Below, in pieces: positions 1 to 8,406 of a stretch of 64,000 nt of DNA. Source of the DNA: an uncultured Rubrobacteraceae bacterium (GTDB lineage Bacteria; Actinomycetota; Rubrobacteria; Rubrobacterales; Rubrobacteraceae); NCBI GenBank assembly GCA_963819315.1, contig CAWFVR010000014.1, forward strand, positions 25,909 to 89,908. Direction: 5' to 3'. Under the pieces are notes generated by a model. It ran no database searches. It was not told the DNA's origin and was given only the letters and a program-made list of their open reading frames with translations. A program made the position numbers and the translations under genes. How positions within the stretch are numbered: the first letter of the stretch is position 1; every line of letters starts with the position of its first letter.

Positions 1-104
1 TCGCCGCCGAAGCCCTCAACAGGTCAATCGAAAGGGCGCTCGCTACGGGCGTCCCCCTCGTCGACATCGCCTACCTGAGCGTTACCGCAGGCGAGAATTT
101 CTAG
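1..104 (+). CDS. 3' end of an unidentified CDS (5' part lies outside the window)
   Basis: Open frame from the window edge (codons from nt 3) with about 80% G/C at third positions. It reads ...ALATGVPLVDIAYLSVTAGENF and stops at TAG 102-104. Too short to assign a family. Confidence 0.3.
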   Translation, partial: AAEALNRSIERALATGVPLVDIAYLSVTAGENF

Positions 105-404
105 GCAGCACGCTGCACTTCGCAGCTTGTCAGCACGGCGCCCTGGCGCTTGTCAGCACGCCCGCTTCGCGCGCTCTCAGCACGCTCGGGCCTTTAGAGG
201 CCCTCGCTTCTCAGCATTTCAGCTTCTCTCTGTGCTGAGAGAAGCTGACAAGCCGCCTGGCGGAGCCAAAGGCGGCGTGCTGAGAGCGAGGCCCGAAGGG
301 CCGAAGCGTGCTGACAAGCGAAGGCCGAAGGCGGAGCGTGCTGACAAGCCTGCGAAGCAGGCGTGCTGAGAAGCGGAGGCGACAGCCGGAGCGTGCTGAC
401 TAGC
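101..404. repeat. Composite palindromic repeat, copy 1: opposed arrays of 13-mer GCTTGTCAGCACG / CGTGCTGACAAGC separated by mini-hairpins
   Basis: Left-arm units start at 105, 125, 148, 173 and 206. Reverse-complement units start at 231, 244 (partial), 276, 307, 337, 362 and 392. Central hairpin at 219-250. CTAG sits at both ends (101-104, 400-403). A near-equal-length second copy lies at 57372-57672. Confidence 0.9.
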
Positions 405-615
405 TATCTTTCAGATCGTGCTCGGGGACAGACAGGTTGTACGGCCGGGCCGGCCTCTCGGCGAGCACGCGCACCTTGTAGACGAAGTCGGGTACGAACT
501 CGCCCCGCCTCACCTCGAGAATCTGCACGGGTTGCCCCGTGGCCTTGAGCGCTGCGCGGTCCCCGACACCGTAGCGCGCCGGACGGTTGCGGTCTACCAA
601 GATCCCGCCTCTCAC
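400..615 (-). CDS. Small hypothetical protein (71 aa)
   Basis: Track ORF 400..615 with a GTG start and about 80% G/C at third codon positions. Its TAG stop (complement of 400-402) lies inside the terminal CTAG of the repeat. No family recognised. Confidence 0.45.
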   Translation of the reverse strand: MRGGILVDRNRPARYGVGDRAALKATGQPVQILEVRRGEFVPDFVYKVRVLAERPARPYNLSVPEHDLKDS

Positions 616-628
616 CTCGCGACCAACG

Positions 629-634
629 TATAAT
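629..634 (+). promoter_or_regulatory. Candidate -10 box (TATAAT) upstream of the flavoprotein gene
   Basis: Perfect TATAAT in the 86-nt divergent intergenic region, 68 nt upstream of ATG 702. No convincing -35. Confidence 0.25.
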
Positions 635-701
635 GTACGCCGCTGCGGCGCGGCCCGCGGACAATTCTGGCACAGCAGATGGGACGTTGAGAAGGAGGGC
701 G

Positions 702-1937
702 ATGACAGAACGCTACGATCTCGTCGTCGTGGGTGCGGGACCGGGCGGCTCCGCGACGGCCTACTACGCCTCTAAAGCCGGGCTCAACACGGTTCTCCTG
801 GACCGCCAGGAGTTCCCGCGCGACAAGGTCTGCGGCGACGGCCTGATGCCCCACGCCGCCTCGGAGGTCTCGCTGATGGGCCTGGGCAATTGGCTCGACG
901 AACCCCATCACGGCAAGTTCACCGGGTTCTCCATCTATTCCCAGACCGCCTACATGCGCCAGGGAGTCCCTCCTTCCCTGAACGGCCCTCAAGGCTACGT
1001 GGTCAAGCGCGAGGAGACCGACGCCAGGCTGCTCGAGCGCGCGATCTCCGCGGGCGCGGAGTTCAACGGCGCGACCCGAGCTACCGAGCTCCTCCGCTCT
1101 CCTGCCGGGAAAGTGACAGGGGTCGCGGCGACGAACGGAGAGGATCTGCGCTTCGAGGCACCCCTCGTAGTCGCCGCCGACGGCGTGGGCGGCTTCGCGG
1201 GCCGCGGCATGAAGACGCACCAGAACGCCGTGGCGAGGAGGCGGTACTACCGCGGTGTGGACGGGCCGAACAAGGAGGACCTGCACGTCTTCATCACGAA
1301 GGACATGAACGAGCACGGCGCGGGGTACGGGTGGGTCTTCTACCTCGGCGACGGCCGGGCAAACGTCGGGGCCGGCGTCTCGACCAGGGTGCTCGCCCGC
1401 ACCGGGCGCAACCTCAAGGACTTCTTCGACCGCTTCCTGGAGGAGCCGCAGTTGGCCGAGTGGCTAGAGAGCGCCGAGCCCGAAGGGCCAGCAAAGAGCT
1501 GGTCGCTCAAGATGGGGATGTGGGGCGCCAGACGGCATACCCAGGGTCTCATAATGGTCGGGGACGCGGGGAGCATGGTCCACCCCATCAGCGGCGAGGG
1601 GGTCGGCTACGCCATAGAGTCAGGCCGGCTGGCCGCCTCCTGGGCCCACGAGGCGCACGCGAGAGGTGACTTCTCGGCCTCTACTCTTTCAGGCTACGAG
1701 CGCCAGCTCAGACACCAGCGCGCCCGCGAGCACTTCTCCGGGCACGCGCTCGTCAACCTGGTCCCGAACCTCGAGATGATGGAGCCGCTCTTCAAGGCCT
1801 GCGAGAAGAACCCGGCCGCCCGCCGCTCCCTCGTTGAGGGCTTCACCGGGGATGCCCCGATCTACAGCCTCCTCAAGCACCCGAGAGCTCTGGCTATCGC
1901 CCTCAAGGAGGGCGTCGGAGCGGCGGTCCGCTCCTAG
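702..1937 (+). CDS. Geranylgeranyl reductase family / FAD-dependent oxidoreductase
   Basis: Track ORF 633..1937. Start moved to ATG 702, which follows GAAGGAGGG (690-698). N-terminus is MTERYDLVVVGAGPGGS (FAD GxGxxG) followed by RDKVCGDGLMP, typical of this family. Confidence 0.8.
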   Translation: MTERYDLVVVGAGPGGSATAYYASKAGLNTVLLDRQEFPRDKVCGDGLMPHAASEVSLMGLGNWLDEPHHGKFTGFSIYSQTAYMRQGVPPSLNGPQGYVVKREETDARLLERAISAGAEFNGATRATELLRSPAGKVTGVAATNGEDLRFEAPLVVAADGVGGFAGRGMKTHQNAVARRRYYRGVDGPNKEDLHVFITKDMNEHGAGYGWVFYLGDGRANVGAGVSTRVLARTGRNLKDFFDRFLEEPQLAEWLESAEPEGPAKSWSLKMGMWGARRHTQGLIMVGDAGSMVHPISGEGVGYAIESGRLAASWAHEAHARGDFSASTLSGYERQLRHQRAREHFSGHALVNLVPNLEMMEPLFKACEKNPAARRSLVEGFTGDAPIYSLLKHPRALAIALKEGVGAAVRS

Positions 1938-3004
1938 GGACGCTCCTCCAGAGATACCTTGTCCACGTAGAAGGTGGTGCGGAGCACCGGGTCGGTCTCG
2001 ACGAAGAAGCTTAGGTAGACCGTCCGGCCCGCAAAGTCCGAAAGGTCCACCGTCTCGTGTCTCCATCCACCGGCGTCCCCGTCGGTGTACCGCTCGAGCA
2101 CGGCGAGCTGCTCGCCGTCCCGGTCCGTTAGCCGTACGAGCAGGCGGTCTGAGGGATGGCGATGCTCGTTGGTCTCTATCCTGACGTCGTAGGACAACTC
2201 GGCGTCCTCGCCGACCCGGATCTTCTGGCGGAGCTCGTCCGTTCCGTCGTCGTAGTCACCGAGGTGAGCGTGACCGTCGACGATCAGGTCGGCGTCGTTC
2301 TCAGTCTCTTGCTCCCAGATATCCCCGTCCTCCATCTCGCCGTTCTCGACCCCGGGTCCGTCTGAGTCCGGCTCTTCGTTCGTGTCCGCCGGCTGAGGGC
2401 TCTCGCCAGGGGCGTGGGAGCTGGGATCCTCTACCCCGCCGAAATCCGTGGTCCAGTACCAGCCGTGTACCGAGCCGGGGTCGCTGATTCGCGCGATGCC
2501 GATGACCCGGTACTTCCCGTCGAGCATGGCGAGGTTGTGGGAAGGCGACCTGCGCCAGGCCGCGAACGCCTGCTTTGCAGTCTCGTAGCCGACGGCGATG
2601 TTCTCGCCCTTGTAGGTGTTGAACTTGTAGCCCTCTTCCTCCATGCGGTCCCAGGGCTGCGATCCCACCCGGTAGTATGAGCTGGCGGCGGTGTCGTGGG
2701 CGAAAAAAGAGTAGCGGGCCATGTCGTGATCATGGTGCTCGGCGGACACCGAAAGCGCGTCCGAGAGGAGAAGGGGCCCGAGTCCGTTCTGCTGGCGATA
2801 GTCGTTGATGAGCTCCAGGAACTGCAACTCTTCAGAGTCGTAGGAGTCAGCGTTCGCGCGCTGATCGAAGACGGCGATACCGGCGACCAGGGCAGCAATC
2901 ACCGCGGTGACTACGCACAGCCAACGCAGCAAACGTCCACCAGGCAGCCCCTCTGTCCACACCCACATGGAGGGGATTATGAAGTGACGCGCCCTCTCCC
3001 GCAT
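1934..3004 (-). CDS. Membrane-anchored/secreted CAP (SCP/PR-1-like) domain protein with acidic linker and C-terminal beta-rich domain
   Basis: N-terminal hydrophobic anchor LLRWLCVVTAVIAALVAGIAVF. CAP-like core: ELINDYRQQNGLGPL...WRRSPSHNLAMLDGKYRVIGIA...WYWTTDFGG. Start uncertain (3004 or ATG 2968). Confidence 0.65.
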   Translation of the reverse strand: MRERARHFIIPSMWVWTEGLPGGRLLRWLCVVTAVIAALVAGIAVFDQRANADSYDSEELQFLELINDYRQQNGLGPLLLSDALSVSAEHHDHDMARYSFFAHDTAASSYYRVGSQPWDRMEEEGYKFNTYKGENIAVGYETAKQAFAAWRRSPSHNLAMLDGKYRVIGIARISDPGSVHGWYWTTDFGGVEDPSSHAPGESPQPADTNEEPDSDGPGVENGEMEDGDIWEQETENDADLIVDGHAHLGDYDDGTDELRQKIRVGEDAELSYDVRIETNEHRHPSDRLLVRLTDRDGEQLAVLERYTDGDAGGWRHETVDLSDFAGRTVYLSFFVETDPVLRTTFYVDKVSLEERP

Positions 3005-3122
3005 CCTTAAAAGTGATGAATTTTCTCTAGCCCCAATGGGCTAGACGCGCGATTGGAGACCTTCAGGTGGAGCGGACGAGTCGAGGTATCGTTATCATTG
3101 CGTCCTACTGACCAGAGGAGGC

Positions 3123-3932
3123 TTGCGAGACTTGGCTACGGGAACGACCTTCGACGTGGGAGAGATGCGGGTACGCATCCTGGACGACGGCGTCTTCATC
3201 ACCGACGCGGGCAACCTGTTCGGCGGCTCGCGCAAGATGCGCATCCGGGGTGCGATGCACGCGGTGCTAGTCGAGACTGGAGACGACCTGGTACTCATCG
3301 ACGCGGGCTTCGGTCCGGAGCTTCCCGAGGCGCTCGTAGGACGCTACGAGCTCAGGCGCGAGAAGAGCCTCATGGATCACCTGCAAGACGCAGGATACTC
3401 GGCGGAAGACGTCACGCGCGTGATCCTCTCGCACCTCGACGCCGACCACGTTGGCTGGGCGCTCGAGCCCCCGAGCTTCCCCAACGCCACCGTCTACGTG
3501 CAGGAGGACGCGCTCGAGGAGGCTCGGGAGATGCCGGAGGGCGACGGACGCAGAGAAGCGGTCCCTGCCGTCGAGAAGGGAGTCGAGGAGGGTTGGGTCG
3601 AGCTCCAGAGCGGGAACGGCGAGGTCGTGCCGGGGATCAGGGTCGAGGTCAGGTCAGGGCACTCCGCGGGACACCAGATCGCCTGGATCGGTGACGGCGA
3701 CGACGCCGCACTCTACACCGCGGACCTGGCGCCGGCAAAGATCTGGCTCGACCCCGACCTGATAAGCGGCGTGGACACCGACCCCGAAGCAGCCCGCCGT
3801 AACCGCATCGAGGTGCTGGAGGAAGCCGAGGCGAAGGGCGCGACGGTAATCCTCTACCACGAGCCCGGCGACTTCCTCGTCAAGATCCAGCGCACCGAGA
3901 AGGGCTTCAAGGCGGTCCCTGCAAAGGACTGA
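3123..3932 (+). CDS. MBL-fold metallo-hydrolase
   Basis: Track ORF 3123..3932 has metal-binding-type motifs SHLDADHVGW and RSGHSAGH. AGGAGG lies at 3116-3121. The true start may be in-frame TTG 3132 or ATG 3165. Confidence 0.7.
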   Translation: MRDLATGTTFDVGEMRVRILDDGVFITDAGNLFGGSRKMRIRGAMHAVLVETGDDLVLIDAGFGPELPEALVGRYELRREKSLMDHLQDAGYSAEDVTRVILSHLDADHVGWALEPPSFPNATVYVQEDALEEAREMPEGDGRREAVPAVEKGVEEGWVELQSGNGEVVPGIRVEVRSGHSAGHQIAWIGDGDDAALYTADLAPAKIWLDPDLISGVDTDPEAARRNRIEVLEEAEAKGATVILYHEPGDFLVKIQRTEKGFKAVPAKD

Positions 3933-4106
3933 CGCCAATGGCAAAGTCCCCTACCAGTAGCTACTCGGAAAAGACAGGCCTCCAGGTCTAGCCTTCGTTC
4001 GCGAGGATGCCGCTGGGGAACAGCTGGATGGTGAAGGTCTTCATCGGTCTTCCTGATCGGGTTCTGGATCTCGCGATAGTTGCGCCCGAAGGTGCTGCTC
4101 GGTGCT

Positions 4107-4706
4107 TCAGCCTTCGTGCCAGGTTGTCCTCTCGCGCGCGGCCTCGCGCCTGCGGGGCCTCTCGCCCATGTCGGGGTAGCCGACGTAGAGGTGGGCTACC
4201 ATAGTGTCGCCCTCCTCCAGGCCGAAGAACGACCGCATGCGGTCGTGATAGACGACAGAGCCCGTACGCCACATCGTAGCGAGGCCGAGAGCATGTGCCG
4301 TGAGTTGCATGTTCTGCACGGCGGCGGCGCACGCGGCGTAGTTCTCCAGGGTTTCTACCTCGTCGCGGCCGGCCTTCGAGATCACGGCTATGACCACGGG
4401 CGCGCGGAAGGCTTTCTTGCGTTCGCGGCTGATCCTGCCGGCCGCCATCTCCTCGCCCTCCCCATCGGCTTCGGCCTGGAGGCGGGCGATCTCGGCCCGC
4501 ACGCGGGCCAGCTCGCCGCGGCCCTTCCCTGTAAAGACGTGGAAGCGCCACGGCTCGGTGAGCCTGTGGTTGGGCGCGTGGACGGCGCTATCGAGGATAC
4601 GCTCGACGAGCTCCCCCGGGACAGGGTCCTGCTTCACGCGTCCCATGCTCTGGCGCGTTTCTATGGCCTCGATCACATCCATCACGCGCTCTATTTTATC
4701 GGGCAT
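4107..4706 (-). CDS. Nitroreductase family protein
   Basis: Track ORF 4107..4733, with ATG 4706 the likely start. Sequence [17 protein letters not shown]...[18 protein letters not shown] matches the nitroreductase fold signature. Confidence 0.75.
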   Translation of the reverse strand: MPDKIERVMDVIEAIETRQSMGRVKQDPVPGELVERILDSAVHAPNHRLTEPWRFHVFTGKGRGELARVRAEIARLQAEADGEGEEMAAGRISRERKKAFRAPVVIAVISKAGRDEVETLENYAACAAAVQNMQLTAHALGLATMWRTGSVVYHDRMRSFFGLEEGDTMVAHLYVGYPDMGERPRRREAARERTTWHEG

Positions 4707-4778
4707 CGAGGCGGCACAACGGCGAGAATTCACATATCATGGCGCGGCACACCGCGGTACGCACAGGAGGGAGTTCCC

Positions 4779-5708
4779 GTGGCAAAGAGCAAGGTTACGG
4801 TCGTCGGCGCCGGCAACGTCGGCGGGACGACGGCCCAGAGGCTGGCGGAGCGCAACTATGCAGACGTGGTCCTCGTGGACATAATCGAGGGCCTGCCGCA
4901 GGGCAAGGCGCTGGACATCCTGGAGAGCGGACCCGTGATCGGTTTCGACTCGAACGTGATCGGCACCAACGGCTACGAGGAGAGCGCGGGTTCGGACGTG
5001 GTCGTCATAACCAGCGGGAGTCCCCGCAAACCGGGGATGAGCCGCGACGACCTCCTCAAGACCAACCAGAACATCGTCCGGAGCGTTACCGAGGAGGTGG
5101 TCAAGTACTCGCCTGAGACGATCCTGGTGATGGTCGCGAACCCGCTCGACGCGATGTGCCACGTCGCGATTGAGGTAAGCGGCTTCCCGCGCGAGCGGGT
5201 AGTCGGGATGGCGGGCATCCTCGACACCGCCCGCTACCGCACGTTTATCGCCCAGGAGCTTCAAGTCTCGGTGCGGGACGTCTACGCGCTCGTCCTCGGC
5301 GGACACGGGGACACGATGGTCCCTCTGCCGAGCATGGCGACCGTCGGCGGGGTGCCGATCACCAAGTTGCTGCCCCGGGAGCGCGTAGAGGAGATCGTGG
5401 ACCGCGCCCGCAACGGCGGGGCGGAGATCGTAAGTCTCCTGCAGAGCGGCAGCGCCTTCTACGCGCCGGCCGCGGCCGCGGCCGAGATGGTGGACGCCAT
5501 CCTGCTCGATCAGAAGCGCATCCTCCCCTGCGCCGCCTACCTGCAGGGCGAGTACGGCATAGAAGACCTGTTCGTCGGCGTGCCCGTCAAGCTCGGAGCC
5601 TTCGGCGTCGAAGAGATCATCGAGCTCGACCTGCAAGAAGACGAGCTGGATGACCTCAGGAACAGCGCCGGAGCGGTGCGCGACCTGGTCGAGGTGTTGC
5701 ACAGTTAA
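4779..5708 (+). CDS. mdh: Malate dehydrogenase (LDH-like type)
   Basis: GTG 4779 lies 8 nt after AGGAGG (4765-4770). Motifs: [15 protein letters not shown] loop, [13 protein letters not shown] and [10 protein letters not shown]. The upstream 700 nt of track ORF 4080..5708 is antisense to the nitroreductase gene and not coding. Confidence 0.92.
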   Translation: MAKSKVTVVGAGNVGGTTAQRLAERNYADVVLVDIIEGLPQGKALDILESGPVIGFDSNVIGTNGYEESAGSDVVVITSGSPRKPGMSRDDLLKTNQNIVRSVTEEVVKYSPETILVMVANPLDAMCHVAIEVSGFPRERVVGMAGILDTARYRTFIAQELQVSVRDVYALVLGGHGDTMVPLPSMATVGGVPITKLLPRERVEEIVDRARNGGAEIVSLLQSGSAFYAPAAAAAEMVDAILLDQKRILPCAAYLQGEYGIEDLFVGVPVKLGAFGVEEIIELDLQEDELDDLRNSAGAVRDLVEVLHS

Positions 5709-5721
5709 AGCGCGGTGAGTG

Positions 5722-5736
5722 GGGGCGAATCGCCCC
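5722..5736. terminator. Small GC hairpin between convergent mdh and mutase genes
   Basis: GGGGCG-AAT-CGCCCC: 6-bp GC stem with a 3-nt loop, 14 nt after the mdh stop. Weak, with no U tract. Confidence 0.3.
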
Positions 5737-5749
5737 TACCCCAAGGGCC

Positions 5750-7345
5750 TCAGACGGGTCTGTACTCCCCGAAGACCCCGCGCAGGACGTCAGAGATCTC
5801 ACCCACCGTCGCGAGGTTCGCGAGCGCCTCCTTCGTCGGGTAGAGCAGGTTGTCAGAGCCTTCGGCTGCGGCCCCGAGGGCGGCCAGCGCGTGCTCGACG
5901 GCGGCGTTGTCCCTCGTCTCCTTGAGCTCGGCCAGTCGCTCGGACTGCCGCTCCCGGATGGATTCGTCCACAGTGTGCAGGTCCATGTCGGGGTCATCGG
6001 CTTCGCTCGCATAGCGGTTGACGCCGACGATAGTGCGCTCTCCCCTCTCGACCTCGCGCTGGTAGCGGTAGGCGGAATCCTCGATCTCGCGTTGCATGTA
6101 GCGCTCTTCGATGGCGCGGACGCTGCCTCCCAGAGCGTCTATGCGCCGGATGTACTCCCACGCCTCCTCCTCGACGGCGTCGGTGAGCGCCTCGACGTAG
6201 TAGGAGCCGGCCAGAGGGTCGGCTGTGCCTGTGAGGCCGCCCTCGTGAGCCAGGATCTGCTGGGTGCGGAGCGCGACGCGGGCGCTCCTCTCGGTCGGGA
6301 GCGCCAGCGCCTCGTCGAAGGCGTTGGTGTGCAGGCTCTGGGTTCCGCCCATGACCGCCGAGAGCGCCTGCACCGTGGTGCGGACTATGTTGTTCTCGGC
6401 CTGCTGGGCGGTGAGGGATGAGCCTGCCGTCTGGGTGTGGAAGCGGAGCTTCAGGCTCCTCTCGTCGGTCGCGCCGAAGCGCTCCTTCACGATGGTAGCC
6501 CACATACGCCGCGCGGCCCGATACTTCGCGACTTCTTGGAACAGGTCGTTGTGAGCGTTGAAGAAAAAGGAGAGGCGGGGGGCGAACTCGTCAACTTCGA
6601 GCCCGGCATCGAGCGCCGCTTCGACATAGGCTATGGCGTTTGAGAGGGTGAAGGCGAGCTCCTGGACGGCGGTGCTCCCGGCCTCGCGGATGTGGTAGCC
6701 GGAGATCGAGATCGTGTTCCACCGCGGAAGCTCGCGGGCGCAGTAGGCGAAGGTGTCGGTCGTGATCCTCATCGAGGGTTCGGGCGGGTAGATGTAGGTT
6801 CCGCGCGCCAGATACTCCTTGAGGATGTCGTTCTGTGTCGTGCCTGTTATGTCCTCTTTGTTCACGCCCTGCTCCTCGGCGACTAGCGAGTAGAGGAGCA
6901 GGAGGATGGAGGCTGTGGCGTTTATCGTCATGGAGGTCGAGACCTCGCGAAGGGGTATGCCCTCGAAGAGGTCCCGCATGTCGAGCAGGGAATCTATCGC
7001 TACGCCGACCTTGCCTACCTCACCGAGGGCGAGTTCGTGGTCGGAGTCGCGGCCCATCTGTGTCGGGAGGTCGAAGGCGACGGAGAGGCCTGTCTGGCCG
7101 TTCGCCGTGAGGTACTTGAAGCGGGCGTTGGTCTCTTTCGCCGTCCCGAAGCCCGCGTACTGGCGCATCGTCCACGGCCTGCCGCGGTACATGCTCGGGT
7201 AGATGCCTCTCGTGTAAGGGTACTCGCCCGGGTCCCCAAGCCTCTCTGCGTATTCGAAGCCTTCTCCCAGGTCCTCGGGCCTGTAGACGGGTTTGACCTC
7301 GATGCCGGACTCCGTGCGCCGTTCGTCTACGTCCATGTCCCGCAC
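5750..7345 (-). CDS. Methylmalonyl-CoA mutase family, catalytic (large, N-terminal) chain without B12-binding domain
   Basis: Motifs [44 protein letters not shown] and [15 protein letters not shown]. At 531 aa it ends before any cobalamin-binding module. Confidence 0.88.
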   Translation of the reverse strand: MRDMDVDERRTESGIEVKPVYRPEDLGEGFEYAERLGDPGEYPYTRGIYPSMYRGRPWTMRQYAGFGTAKETNARFKYLTANGQTGLSVAFDLPTQMGRDSDHELALGEVGKVGVAIDSLLDMRDLFEGIPLREVSTSMTINATASILLLLYSLVAEEQGVNKEDITGTTQNDILKEYLARGTYIYPPEPSMRITTDTFAYCARELPRWNTISISGYHIREAGSTAVQELAFTLSNAIAYVEAALDAGLEVDEFAPRLSFFFNAHNDLFQEVAKYRAARRMWATIVKERFGATDERSLKLRFHTQTAGSSLTAQQAENNIVRTTVQALSAVMGGTQSLHTNAFDEALALPTERSARVALRTQQILAHEGGLTGTADPLAGSYYVEALTDAVEEEAWEYIRRIDALGGSVRAIEERYMQREIEDSAYRYQREVERGERTIVGVNRYASEADDPDMDLHTVDESIRERQSERLAELKETRDNAAVEHALAALGAAAEGSDNLLYPTKEALANLATVGEISDVLRGVFGEYRPV

Positions 7346-7352
7346 ACCTCTC

Positions 7353-7766
7353 TCATCGGGCCGTGTCCGGCAATTCTACTAGCTCGGTGAGAACTCCGAA
7401 GGCGCCCTTGGGGTGGACGAAAGCCGTCCGCGTCCCCCCCAGGCCCACCTTCGGCTCCTCGTCCACGAGCCGGGCACCGCTGCTCTTGAGCCTGGCCATA
7501 GCGGTCTCGAGGTCTTCAACCTCGAAAGCGACGTGGTGCAAGCCTTCGCCGCGCCTTGCCAGGAATTTGCCGACGGGTGAGTCGGGGCGCGTGGGTTCCA
7601 TCAACTCGACCGCAGACTCGCCGACCCGGAACATAGTGGCTACTATGCCCTGTCCTTCGACGATCTCTGGCCCGCTGAGCTCAACGTCGAAGTTTGCTTC
7701 GTAGAAGCGAGACGCGACCTCTATGCTCTGTACCGCGTAGCCAAGGTGGTGGATCTTCTCGAGCAT
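7353..7766 (-). CDS. mce: Methylmalonyl-CoA epimerase (VOC/glyoxalase fold)
   Basis: Start moved to ATG 7766 after GGAGGGAG. Sequence [12 protein letters not shown]...[14 protein letters not shown]...TAFVHPK. Lies directly downstream of the mutase gene. Confidence 0.8.
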   Translation of the reverse strand: MLEKIHHLGYAVQSIEVASRFYEANFDVELSGPEIVEGQGIVATMFRVGESAVELMEPTRPDSPVGKFLARRGEGLHHVAFEVEDLETAMARLKSSGARLVDEEPKVGLGGTRTAFVHPKGAFGVLTELVELPDTAR

Positions 7767-7834
7767 GCTCTCCCTCCGTCGGCGGCAACCAGATTGTAGC
7801 CAAAGCAGGGGAAGCGGACATTCCGCTAGAATCC

Positions 7835-8113
7835 ATGGAGCAGGCAAAGAGGAGGATGATGGGGATGGCGCAGGGCGTGATGGGAAGGATCGCGGAGCTC
7901 ACGCGAGAGCGAGAGCGGCTGCTCGCCCGCGAAGCCGGGCACCATGCGACCCGCGAGGATAAGGAACGGCTCAGGCAGATAGACCACGATCTGCAGGTCT
8001 TGTGGGACCTGAGGCGCCGCGAGCTGGCCGGGGAGACCGTTGACCTCGACGAGGATTACTTCGACCGGTACGACATCGACCCTGGCGACGACGCGCCGGA
8101 CCAGTATCGGTAG
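7835..8113 (+). CDS. DUF2630-like small protein
   Basis: The pattern RIAELTRERERLL...ERLRQIDHDLQVLWDLRRRE matches the DUF2630 helix pattern (I.EL..E...L....RL..ie..LDqcWDLLRqR). Start taken at ATG 7835 inside track ORF 7694..8113. Confidence 0.55.
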   Translation: MEQAKRRMMGMAQGVMGRIAELTRERERLLAREAGHHATREDKERLRQIDHDLQVLWDLRRRELAGETVDLDEDYFDRYDIDPGDDAPDQYR

Positions 8114-8120
8114 GAGAAGG

Positions 8121-8164
8121 GAGCTTCGCGTAAGGCGCTGCGCGCAGCGCCTTACGCGAAGCTC
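8121..8164. terminator. Perfect 44-nt palindrome, likely bidirectional terminator
   Basis: GAGCTTCGCGTAAGGCGCTGCG|CGCAGCGCCTTACGCGAAGCTC: the 22-nt arms are exact reverse complements. It sits between convergent stops at 8113 and 8173. Confidence 0.6.
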
Positions 8165-8172
8165 CTCTCTTC

Positions 8173-8397
8173 TCAGAAGCCCAGCCGGGTGTTGATGTCC
8201 GCCCACTCGGCCGCCGAGGCGGCCTGGTCGATCACCTTCTTGAGCTCCAGCATGTCGTCCTCGGAGTAGGCGGGTCTGCGGGCGTCGGCCACGAAGTTGA
8301 GGATGCGCCCGTCGGCGTAACGAACGACCACCCTGGTTATGCCACCCTGCGAACCGGCCGGGCCGCTCATCTCTCTGTGTCTCTCTATGCCGTGCAA
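8173..8397 (-). CDS. Small hypothetical protein (74 aa), paralog of the upstream gene
   Basis: ATG 8397 lies 5 nt after GGGGGAGAG, which overlaps the stop of the upstream ORF. The core GITRVVVRYADGRILNFV resembles GIREIVIEYDNGDYDTF of ORF 8407..8625. Confidence 0.5.
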   Translation of the reverse strand: MHGIERHREMSGPAGSQGGITRVVVRYADGRILNFVADARRPAYSEDDMLELKKVIDQAASAAEWADINTRLGF

Positions 8398-8406
8398 GCT
8401 CTCCCC

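Noticed and set aside
127-369. Track ORFs inside the repeats as protein genes: 127..369 (+), 363..548 (+), 57218..57637 (-) and 57211..57489 (-).
   Set aside because: Their translations are low-complexity reiterations of the 13-mer (for example ...RADKRRPKAERADKPAKQ...). They exist on both strands. The two copies do not conserve a frame. They are artefacts of the repeat.
101-404. Possible CRISPR array, because short repeats alternate with variable spacers. The same applies to 57372-57672.
   Set aside because: The repeats are only 9-13 nt and the spacers 10-22 nt. The spacers are self-complementary. The repeat orientation flips at the centre of each element. No cas genes or leader are present. 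This layout is a palindromic dispersed repeat, not a CRISPR array.
3988-4044. An 18-codon ORF (MKTFTIQLFPSGILANEG) with a purine-rich stretch upstream, just downstream of the nitroreductase gene.
   Set aside because: It is too short to evaluate and I recognise no family. It could be chance or the tail of a decayed gene.
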